Shown piece by piece: positions 53,901-64,000 of a stretch of 64,000 nt of DNA. Under the pieces are notes generated by a model. The model saw only the letters and a list, made by a program, of their open reading frames with translations. It had not been told where the DNA came from and searched no databases. How positions within the stretch are numbered: the first letter of the stretch is position 1; the number at the start of each line of letters is the position of its first letter. Made by a program: the position numbers and the translations under genes. Origin of the DNA: Bugula neritina (Eukaryota; Animalia; Bryozoa); assembly GCA_964035545.1 (NCBI GenBank), contig OZ037769.1, forward strand, positions 13,608,633-13,672,632, in the 5' to 3' direction.

Positions 53901-56900
53901 GTCTACATTTTACAGTTTATATTCTACAGTCTATATTCTACAGTATATATCATACAGTCTATATTATATACTGTATCACATACAGTACAAATAACTCACT
54001 TGGAGAGTCGATTAGCCCCGAGTCCTAAATACACGGACAGGAAGTACTCAAACATTCCCCCGGAGTACAGGAAATACAGCACATCTCTGTGCTTGTAGAA
54101 ATCTGAGCAGACTTTCACGTCAAACGCTGCCAGCTGCCTCTCTGATACTTTGCCCACTCCAGGCACCTGTCAAGGTTGTCAACCACAATACACTTTAGGT
54201 GATACAAACAGACAGACTAACACGATACATGAAAACTGCAGAGAAAACTATGGTTTGTATTTTGGAATATAACAAAACAAACAAACATTCAGAAGAATTG
54301 TTGCAATAGTTGTGTTAATTACATCCCTTTAAAACACCAAACATGGTATTTGCATATCACGATGTTCCACTAGTGTTTGAGCTTTCCCATTCACACAGTT
54401 GTGTTGCAGCAACTTTTTTATTATTTATTAGTTTTCAGCTTAAAGAACGGGTACAACATTTTTTTAAATTATTTGAGAAGCAAAAATTTTAAAAGCTGCA
54501 AAAATAACTTATACTTGACTGAATATAAGAGTGGAAGACATTAATTCTATAGGCTTGTTCAGAGCCAAAGATTCTAGGAGACAATGAAAACAGAGCATCC
54601 TGTTCAGATAATAATAAGTAGAGATGTCTACCTTTCGGACAGGAAGATCCTTCATGAAGTCCTGGACAGCGTCTACAGTGAAAGGCAGCATGTACTGACC
54701 ATTAGGCTTGTTCTGATCTGAGCATATCTTGGCCAGCAGACAGTTGGCAGCGATGCCGGCACTGGCAGTCAGCCTCGTCTTCAGGTGTATCCTGTGTCTC
54801 ATCTCCCTAACCGCATCCTCTACTCCCGTGTCAAACAGGATGCGCTTAGGATTGTGGGGCATATTGCATCTAGGGCATTGCGACGTGTCTGTACTGAAAC
54901 ACATGTGTTATATGTAGGATTAGAATTATATATTGTGAGAAGATTGAAGCTGAATTAAGAGGAGGGTAGTGACAGTAAGAGAGCTGATGATAAGTTTAAC
55001 AGCTACCCCACTACATTAACATGTAAGATTAATGGATATGTAGAAAAGGGGATAACTCATAATATCCACTAGAAATATTATATCTGTGTGTTGAATACAC
55101 AACATTATATATAAAGAACGGTTTTATGAAATTGTGATTAAAATTCAGCTCAACCAATTTATCATGCGTAGAGCTAATAAAATTAGTAAAATAAAAATAT
55201 ATGCATTTTAATGTTTAACAATTTATAAACTCAAATGTCGGGATAAATTTGACGACTAGACAACACACCTTTCACACCTACAGGAACATAGGTGATGAAA
55301 TCAACTTCTACAATATTCTAGAAAAACTGTTACCACACAACGCTGTACCTAACAGTGGTGTCTTTTATGATGCCAGCTTCGGATAGTTCAGTGTCGCAGT
55401 TAGTAGCAGAAGGGAGGATCCGAGTGTCATCTGTAGCCTCAGAACTCTGGATATTGTCCTCATCAAGGTTGGGAACGTCTGCTACCTCGTCCCCTACTAT
55501 ATGTCATAATAACAGACAGAATAAGTTACACCATCAGCTGACCATTGCTTGCTCAATACTTACATGGTTTCAGAATATTAGAAGAGTAATCAGAATTCTA
55601 ATTTAAACATAAAGACTGAAGAACAAACTTCCAATAGAAATGGTAGCCAGTGTAAGATAGCATCACATACACATACAATAACTTACGCATATAATAATTT
55701 ACAAATATAATAACTTACAAATATAATAACTTACAAATATAATAACTTATACATATAAAAACTTACACGTATAATAACTTACACATACAATAACTTACAC
55801 ATACAATAACTTACACATATAATAACTTACACATATAATAACTTACACATATAATAACTTACACATATAATAACTTACACATATAATAACTTACACATAT
55901 AATCACTTATACATATAGTAACTTACACATATAAACACTTACACATACAATAACTTACACATGCAGCAACCTACACAGGCATACTTTTTCAGTACATGAA
56001 CAAGCCCAAATATTTGCATCAAATACATTATTTTGGGAGTTGTCCTATTTAGAAATAAGAACATGAAGATAGAAAGAGAGTAAATTATATAATAACTACA
56101 TTAATGGTCAATTTAATAGTCTAACATGTATTAAAGGCCTGGCAACACAATCGTGAGAATCACATGAAATCGTCTATTTGACACGAAAACACAATCGTAC
56201 GAGAAAATGTGAAGGAATTCAAACGAAATCGTCTTCGTTGAGTGTACACAACGACGTCAATGAACGAAAAATCACAATCAACTATAAGCACCATTTGATT
56301 GGTCAATAAAATTTTAGCAACAGTGATTATTTCATTTCCATCAGGTTTCTCTGTTTGGCAATTTTTTACTGTTTGTTTGCAAGACTCATTCACAGGCTAT
56401 TTATTATGTGTTTCGTCCGACGAGTGTGTGGCTGGTCATAACGAGAGGATAACTCACGAAAATAGTCACACGATTTTCGTGTGATTCTCACGACCGTGAG
56501 GCCAGGCCTTTACATTAATAATATAGCACACAAAGACCAGGTTTTGGAAAACTTCCGCTTAATAAACTATATGTGTCAGAAATTTTCACAAGGCTTGCTT
56601 ATCCATTGTTTGAAAATAAATACTTTTAGCTTTAGCTACATTCCGCAAGTTTAAAAGTTTAAAAAATTAAACACAACCTCAAAAGATTTTCTGATAACCA
56701 TTTAGTAAAAATTATATTAAAGAAAAAAGTTGTTAGCACATTCACATTACAAATACTATATCACAATTAGATAAGGATAGCAAGCTAGTAGTTGTGTAAC
56801 CAACAGGAAATATCACCTGTATTAGAGACACCCTCAGTGGAGGACACAACTCCCAGTATCTCCTCCGGCTCACACCTACACATTGTCTCACTGAACTCTG

Positions 56901-58694
56901 GGAAGGTTCGGCTCTGGTCGTCCAGTTCTTTCCTCTTGACCAGGTGATCCGTGAAGTCCATGTACGCCTCGTCTAGACTAAGTGGTGTCATGTTGGGGTC
57001 GTACTGAGAAAGCACCGAGCGGATAACCCTAGAGACAGCGGAATACTTGGCCATGTCTGTCGGAACTATGACCAAGTCAGCGCACAGCTTGCGGGCAATA
57101 AATCCTGGCATGGCCGCCCTTACTCCGTATCGTCTGGCTATGTAATTGGAGGTAGACTACAAGAGAAGTTGTGACCACAGGCTAAAATACCTAGATATAG
57201 CTTGTCTGTATAGTACACAACAGCTGTGACATAATGATTCATTGAAGACTTGAAGCAAATGCTTTTCTTTGAATAAAGTTTGATTTTGGATCAAGTTACT
57301 AAAATAAGTTGCAAATGTTCACATACGGTGAAAAGGTGGAAAATACTACTAAATCTTTGGAATAATGGTATCTCACTCACACATGTTTATAGTCACTATA
57401 CATGTGAAAGCCCCTGGTGGAAAGGGTATTTTGTTAAATCAGGCTAAAGACTTATTCAGATGTGGCACATGAGCAATTATGACTGGATGCTCTCCCTAAC
57501 ATCACCAATGGCCTTTACTGGGAATCGAACCCATGACTTCGTGTTTACTAAGCCATTGCTCTAACCCCTAGACCACGGTTGCCCCCTTCTATAATACTTG
57601 TATATTATCTATAATTTAGCCCAGCTTACAGAACTTGCTACTGTTGGGTTCAATACTCACCAACATGTCTTCTCCACCGACAGCCATTGGGATATTAGCC
57701 AATGAGGGATTGTCTCTCATCTCCACAGCAGCGTAGAACGCGTCCATATCCATGTGCACAATGGTGCGGGTGAAATCATATTGCTGATAGAGTGAAGAAA
57801 GGAGCGCGTTAGCCTACAAAATTGAGAACTCAAATGTCATGTCATATAAAACGCATGCCAAGTCAAAAACTACTAGGTCCAAGAAGCATAATACTACAGT
57901 TATTGTGTATATGGCTAATGAATATCATAAGGCAGATTTAGAGACCAATAGACTGCCTGCTACCAAATAGCCTACAAGGAAAACTGCTGTCACATTGGGT
58001 ATGAAAACCTTAGACATCTGAAAAATACCTATACTTATATTGTAACATTTTAAAGGCAAAAGATATGAAGACCTCTGGATGATTGATGATTACTTGTAAG
58101 GGTGAGCTCGTAGCTGGGAGGTTAGAAAACCAACCTTGTTCATGCAAGCTTCAAGGTGAGCTTCTGAAACAGCTGCCAATTCTTCCTTCAGAGCCGTGAC
58201 TTTCTTCAAGATCTCCTTGTCTTTCTTCAACTCATTCTCATAAAACTTGGAGCCTGTCGGTAGTCACAACACACTACGTGACTTGTGACTCAAACCCAAT
58301 GTGCCAGAACACAATGTACAGCTTATAACTCAACTGTAATGCGTCACAGTAATAGCAGCCTTGTAGATTTCTGTAAACTGCACACTAGAAAAAAATACTT
58401 TACTGCAAATAGAACTGCGCACAACTATGAGTACATACCCTTACTAGCTTCTAAGATAATTTTGTTTATTTTGTCTTTATCTAAGCCCTTCATTCCAGCT
58501 TTGTTGTCATTCAAACCAATGCGAGCAGCCATGGCCTTTGTATTTCCACCAGATAAAGTTTGCCCTTCTGGAGTTGAGGTTTGAGCTTCCATAGTTGAGG
58601 TTTGATCTTCCATAGTTGAGGTTTGACCTTCCATAGTTGAGGTTTGACCTTCTGGAGCTGAGGTTTGACCTTCAGCAGTTGAAGCAGCTGCCAT
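50944..58694 (-). CDS. POLK: DNA polymerase kappa (Y-family, DinB-like; ~853 aa, 11 coding exons)
   Basis: Exons 58694-58439, 58253-58135, 57813-57661, 57156-56817, 55493-55349, 54893-54632, 54166-54000, 53199-53164, 52638-52539, 52320-52149, 51755-50944; 2562 nt. N-clasp [110 protein letters not shown]. Confidence 0.95.
52865..53100. repeat. TA-rich low-complexity repeat
   Basis: tataatataa / gtatataata iterations. Confidence 0.85.
53395..53975. repeat. Degenerate 7-bp (CTATACT/CTATAGT) tandem repeat
   Basis: Seen directly in POLK intron 7. Confidence 0.8.
55672..55972. repeat. 16-bp minisatellite (ataataacttacacat)n
   Basis: About 18 copies in POLK intron 4. Confidence 0.92.
56134..56510. 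mobile_element. MITE with ~40-bp imperfect TIRs
   Basis: aaggcctggcaacacaatcgtgagaatcacatgaaatcgt versus reverse complement aaggcctggcctcacggtcgtgagaatcacacgaaaatcgt; TA (or TWA) flanks. Confidence 0.8.
57376..57586 (-). mobile_element. tRNA-Thr(AGT)-derived SINE, copy 6
   Basis: Reverse complement of the family, with intact B box ggttcgattcc. Confidence 0.85.
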
Positions 58695-59514
58695 CTTGCT
58701 TCAAGTTAAGTTCTGTCAGTAAAAAAACATAAGATGATTTATTTTTAGTGACTGTAAGATCGTAACAATATTCTTCCATTACTAGTACATTGCTAGTTCT
58801 TGAACTCACCAGATTTTTAACAGATGAAATAAAACGCTCAACCATACACCCGTATTAAGTTAAAACAAGCTGTAAACTGTAAAAAAAATAAATTTTACGC
58901 ATGACAAAAAGCTAAATCAAGAACATTATGTAGCTTCACACGCGCACGCACGCACGCACGCTTACACACACACACACACCATATTCATTTTAATGGATGC
59001 ATGTTGCAATTGATGCAATTCACAAGATAACTTTCAATCTTCCTAAATTCATAGCCCATCATAGTTGGACACCTTCATCTCATATTACAGTTTTAGTATA
59101 ACTAGTAGTTGCACTGTAGAAGTAGAAATGACTAACATATTCAACTTCATAGTGAGTGGTGCCTACAACTAATACTAAAGTACTATTACTACTAGTAATA
59201 GACGGAGTGAAACTGTACTGATAAACGATATTATTAGTCAATCACTCAAAGTCGAACTCAAAGAGCTATAGTAATAATAATAGTGATTACTAATAGTGAT
59301 ATCTATGGTAACAGTGTCATTGCGATTGGTCAGTGTCACTATGAATATAATTATCAATTATCACTATGAGTTTATCCATATGATTAACTAGTATTGTAAT
59401 ACAACCAGTAAATTTAAATTATTACTACTACTAGTATTACTACTACTGTATTAGTTTTAAATTAAGCTTTAGTATTAGCATTAAATTTAACAATAATTAT
59501 TATAATTAATTAAA

Positions 59515-60288
59515 GTAACCCACATATCACATTACAAACTTGGTACCACATGCCATTCGTGGGCAGAAAGCACTAAATATCTTGGGGTAACCATTCAGTC
59601 AGACTTAAGATTCGATCGGCATATATATAATAAGTGCACCAAGTCCCAGAAAGTCCTTGGAGGGATCAAGCACTTGATGTATGATGCCCCAAAAGACGCT
59701 AAGCTACTGGCTTATGCAAGTCTATGTAGGCCTATACTTGATTATGCAGATGTGGTTTGGGATTCTGCGGCTAGAAGCAAGGTGCATGATATAGATTTGG
59801 TCCAAAACAGCACCATGCGGTTCATAAGCATTATGAAGGGGCACACTGACAGTGTATTTGAGGCACGGAATGAGTTAGGACTCCGGTAGCTGGAAGACAG
59901 AAGAAAAAAATCATTGAGTGATTGACTGTGTTTACTGACCCGAATTCTTCAAAATGAGGATCAACACCGATCTCTATCCAGAGCCTATGACGAGATTATT
60001 GATGACAGGGAGCTTGTAACTGTAACCACCCGAGCGGCTGTCGGAGGAGAACTTATCTCGATATCAGCTAGGAAAAGCAGGTTCCACACTAGTTTTCTGC
60101 CACGAACAATTCGTGAGATACGAGGAGAATGTAATTACTAATTACAAAACAGCAAATGCTGTAACAAGTGCTAACCCTAGTCTAATATAAGTTGTCACTA
60201 GAGGCTTCCCTATACACTTTCCAGTTGCTGCGGAAGTCCTACCTCAACTGAGGTAATAAATTGAGGTAATAATAAGATTCAGATTTAG
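59515..60288 (+). mobile_element. 5'-truncated CR1/L2-group LINE fragment (RT C-terminus and 3' UTR)
   Basis: KYLGVTIQSDLRFDRHI, AYASLCRPILDYADVVWD, DLVQN..RFI, LGLR*LEDRR, SFLPRTIRE; in-frame stop; antisense to POLK in its 5' region. Confidence 0.82.
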
Positions 60289-60837
60289 TATAAATATAAC
60301 TAATACTCAGTATTAGTAATACTATTAGTAATATTAATAGCATTACTAAACTTATACTACTTCCCATTTCTAACTCGCTACTTCTACTTATAGTTCTACT
60401 TATACTTAATCTTATAGTATTAGTTATAGTCTATAACAGTATAACTATAAGCATAAGTATAATTATAAGTATTAGTATTAGGATATTAAATTTAAAGATT
60501 GTAAAGACTAAGAATAAGAGTAAACTCTTATAGCTATAAGCTACAAGTTAAAGTTATACTAGTTTACTAACGTAACACTAATACTAAGAGTAAGTCTAAT
60601 AGTAATACTAATACTAATACTGGGTAATACTAATAGCAATAGTTATAGGTTATATTTATAAGTTATAGGCCTACTCATACTGATGCTGTAACTGTATTAC
60701 TTATAGTTATACTATTATAGTATTACTAATACTATTATAATAATAATTAGTATTACCATTACTGATACAATTAGTTATAGTATTAGTATTAGTATACCAA
60801 TATAAAATTGACTATCAAATTCAATTAGAATTTGAAT

Positions 60838-60928
60838 ATTAATTTTAAACAGTAACACTAACACCATTGCCATTGGCATTATCATAATGCCAATGGCAAG
60901 GGTGTTAGTGTTACTGTTTAAAATTAAT
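60838..60928. repeat. Near-perfect 91-bp palindrome
   Basis: 45-bp arms, 1-nt spacer (60883), one mismatch. Confidence 0.95.
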
Positions 60929-61107
60929 GATAATCATAATGATTATCATTATGATTATCATAATGATTATCATTATGATAACCTGATTACGAATATGATA
61001 GCATGACAATGTGAGTGAGTTTGAGTATCAAATAATCATTATACTTATACTGTTATAGCTATTAGTATTAAACTTAGAGTTAATAGTTTGAGTTACACTT
61101 ACTGTTA

Positions 61108-61212
61108 GTGTTACTAACTAACTGTAACTGACTAACTGTAACTGACTAACTGTAACTGACTAACTGTAACTGATTAACTGTAACACTAACTGATTAACTG
61201 TAACTGGCTAAC
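61108..61212. repeat. (ACTAACTGTAACTG)n short tandem repeat
   Basis: Seen directly. Confidence 0.85.
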
Positions 61213-61929
61213 TCATTTACTGTGCAACATCGGATGTGCACGCGAAATTACAAACTATTTTCAAAACGGGCGCAGTTTCCTTATTTCTTTAAAATAGGCG
61301 ACTATGCGTCAGAGTTGCTTTCTTTCTATAAACCAAAGGGACAACTCTTAGTATAAATACAACATCTTAATAATATGTTGAAAAATAATATTTTTTAAAA
61401 TAATGTTAACACATATAATATATAAAAACATCATTTTTTTCATTATAAATGTGTACTGTATAGTTACTGCTATCAGCAAAGTGTTAACAACCAGTTAATT
61501 GATGTTACTGCATTGGACTTTCTATATTGTTTACTATGTAGCTAGTAGGCCTACACACTTTAAAAATGCATATATGGAGAGTGTTACAAAATAAGTGGGC
61601 TAAAGCATAGCAATTTCAAATCAAGCTGTTGTGAGAAATTTAAATTTGGGCTACTAGCTGGTTTTCTCCTTATGCGATCAAATTCTGATTCAACTTGACC
61701 AACACTATTCTAATGTAAATCATCACTATAAAAGTTACGAATGGAGTGATTGGGGGTTTTACGTTTAATCTCTGTAAAAGAGGCAATCTCAATGAATTAT
61801 ATGTTTAGATTCAAACATAAATTATTGTATGGTTTTTTATATTTTACCATCAATGTAACTTAAATTGTAGTGTCCAGCAATGTTATTGTAGTTTTGAATA
61901 AATGTTACATTTCAAAAAGTATATAGGCT

Positions 61930-62852
61930 ATATATAATATATATATAATATATATATAATATATATATAATGTATATAATATATATAATTATATATATAA
62001 TATATATAATTATATATATGTGTGTGTGTGTGTGTGTGCGTGTGCGTGTGCGTGTGCGTGTGCGTGTGCGTGTGCGTGTGCGTGTGCGTGTGCGTGTGCG
62101 TGTGCGTGTGCGTGTGCGTGTGCGTGTGCGTGTGCGTGTGCGTGTGCGTGTGCGTGTGCGTGTGCGTGTGCGTGTGCGTGTGCGTGTGCGTGTGCGTGTG
62201 CGTGTGCGTGTGCGTGTGCGTGTGCGTGTGCGTGTGCGTGTGCGTGTGCGTGTGCGTGTGCGTGTGCGTGTGCGTGTGCGTGTGCGTGTGCGTGTGCGTG
62301 TGCGTGTGCGTGTGCGTGTGCGTGTGCGTGTGCGTGTGCGTGTGCGTGTGCGTGTGCGTGTGCGTGTGCGTGTGCGTGTGCGTGTGCGTGTGCGTGTGCG
62401 TGTGCGTGTGCGTGTGCGTGTGCGTGTGCGTGTGCGTGTGCGTGTGCGTGTGCGTGTGCGTGTGCGTGTGCGTGTGCGTGTGCGTGTGCGTGTGCGTGTG
62501 CGTGTGCGTGTGCGTGTGCGTGTGCGTGTGCGTGTGCGTGTGCGTGTGCGTGTGCGTGTGCGTGTGCGTGTGCGTGTGCGTGTGCGTGTGCGTGTGCGTG
62601 TGCGTGTGCGTGTGCGTGTGCGTGTGCGTGTGCGTGTGCGTGTGCGTGTGCGTGTGCGTGTGCGTGTGCGTGTGCGTGTGCGTGTGCGTGTGCGTGTGCG
62701 TGTGCGTGTGCGTGTGCGTGTGCGTGTGCGTGTGTGTGCGTGTGTGTGCGTGTGTGTGCGTGTGTGTGCGTGTGTGTGCGTGTGTGTGCGTGTGTGTGCG
62801 TGTGTGTGCGTGTGTGTGCGTGTGTGTGCGTGTGTGTGCGTGTGTGTGTGTG
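61930..62852. repeat. Compound microsatellite: TA-rich, then (GTGCGT)n ~700 bp, then (GTGTGTGTGC)n
   Basis: Seen directly; source of the RV/CA/CV ORFs. Confidence 0.97.
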
Positions 62853-63642
62853 TTATTTGGAGTAAATTTTCAACATCAATACATAAATATTAGTCTATTT
62901 ATTTCTTTGTCTAAGTTTAAGCTCTGGTCTGTCAAACTTGTAACTAGTTATCAAAATTAAACTATTCTCCAGTTCTGGAAGTTTCTTGACCTGTTTTAAA
63001 TTTTAAGCATAATCTGATTTAGGTGTGAGTAAAATATCATGCAAATTTTAGTTGTTTTAGTATGTCTCAAGTTATTACTCCTTATATTCATATAACTGTT
63101 TTTAAGTTATATTATTTGTCATTATTTCATCTACATAAATATATTATTTAGCTCAGTGAACGTAAGTTATGCAAATGTATAGCATTTTAAAATAAAAGGT
63201 TTGGGTGGCTATGAAATGAGCTACTAGCTAGCTTTCAGCAACACTTTCTACAATATTTTAGACATGTTACTTTCACAGTCATATACTGTTGCAATTCATC
63301 AGTTTATTTAATGTATCTGTTGTAATGAAGAAAAATAGGCAAATTGTGTATACCAACATTAAATTTATTCTGGTATCACAGTTTGAAACATTTCACATAA
63401 CAAATGCATATTCGCACCTAAATTAAGTGCACATGTAGTTGAATACCAACAATGTTGGTTAAAACTAGAGCAAAAGAAGTTTAATTCCATTTGATAGTGG
63501 GCAATTTTAAACTTAAAAACTAGAATACACCCAGCAAAAAGTTATATATGATGAATTAAATTGTTCTTGGTTACTTATTTGACAATGAATTATTAGGTTT
63601 TGTAAGCAGCATGGTAATTATGTAATAAAGGGGCACAAGGTT

Positions 63643-63743
63643 TCAAACATGTAAAGAGAAGACAACTGCTAACATCAAAACTGACTGGACCATGAAGCCC
63701 GCCTTTCCAAATATTGAATTGCCGGCACTGGTAGGGGTTGGAG
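63643..63743 (-). CDS. Probable terminal exon of a GPI-anchored protein whose gene extends beyond the window
   Basis: Acceptor attttag at 63744; reads xPTPTSAGNSIFGKAGFMVQSVLMLAVVFSLHV* (small-residue omega region plus hydrophobic tail). A second frame is also open, and the upstream donor (~63880-63900) is unresolved. Confidence 0.45.
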
Positions 63744-64000
63744 CTAAAATTACAGAATAACACAAGACATAATAATACATAATATTATATAGTGCAACAT
63801 CAAAAGCATGCATCATATTCTAAAGCTGTATCAGTAAAAGTAAAGTTCTATAACAATATAATAATTAATATGTAGTCTTAACTGAGAGTTTTCAAAACTT
63901 GGTTGATAAATTGCAGTAAAAGCACCAAAGTCAGAAAAGTTCCAAGCCTCAACTGAGCTTGATCTATTTACAGTTGGCTGTGCAATCTTCCTGAATGAAA

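Noticed and set aside
61970-62960. 300-aa RV/CA/CV ORFs
   Set aside because: Translations of a microsatellite that lacks stop codons

Overview
AT-rich, intron-rich eukaryotic (invertebrate animal-like) genomic DNA, not prokaryotic, so most entries in the ORF track are single exons or spurious. Walking GT-AG junctions by hand gives five complete, frame-consistent genes: a small BTB/POZ protein (-, 3006-8994), a 22-exon membrane-anchored CLCA-family protein (-, 10662-27475), FAM221A (-, 29537-35156), phospholipase B-like 2 (+, 36352-50448) and DNA polymerase kappa (-, 50944-58694). A probable last exon of a sixth gene, possibly GPI-anchored, lies at the right edge. Repeats include a tRNA-Thr(AGT)-derived SINE family (6 full copies), RTE and CR1-like LINE fragments, a Ty3/Gypsy gag-protease remnant, two MITEs, microsatellites and a 7.2-kb hierarchical satellite in PLBD2 intron 7. 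Three observations stand out. (1) The CLCA has lost its HExxH zinc motif (REFAH) yet has a furin-type RKKR in the loop where vertebrate CLCAs self-cleave. (2) The Pol kappa tail has no UBZ zinc fingers but carries SUMO-interaction-like and W-acidic motifs. (3) The satellite shows nested hairpin/71-bp/unit/higher-order structure. Functional readings are inference; no database searches were run, and comparisons with human proteins are from memory.
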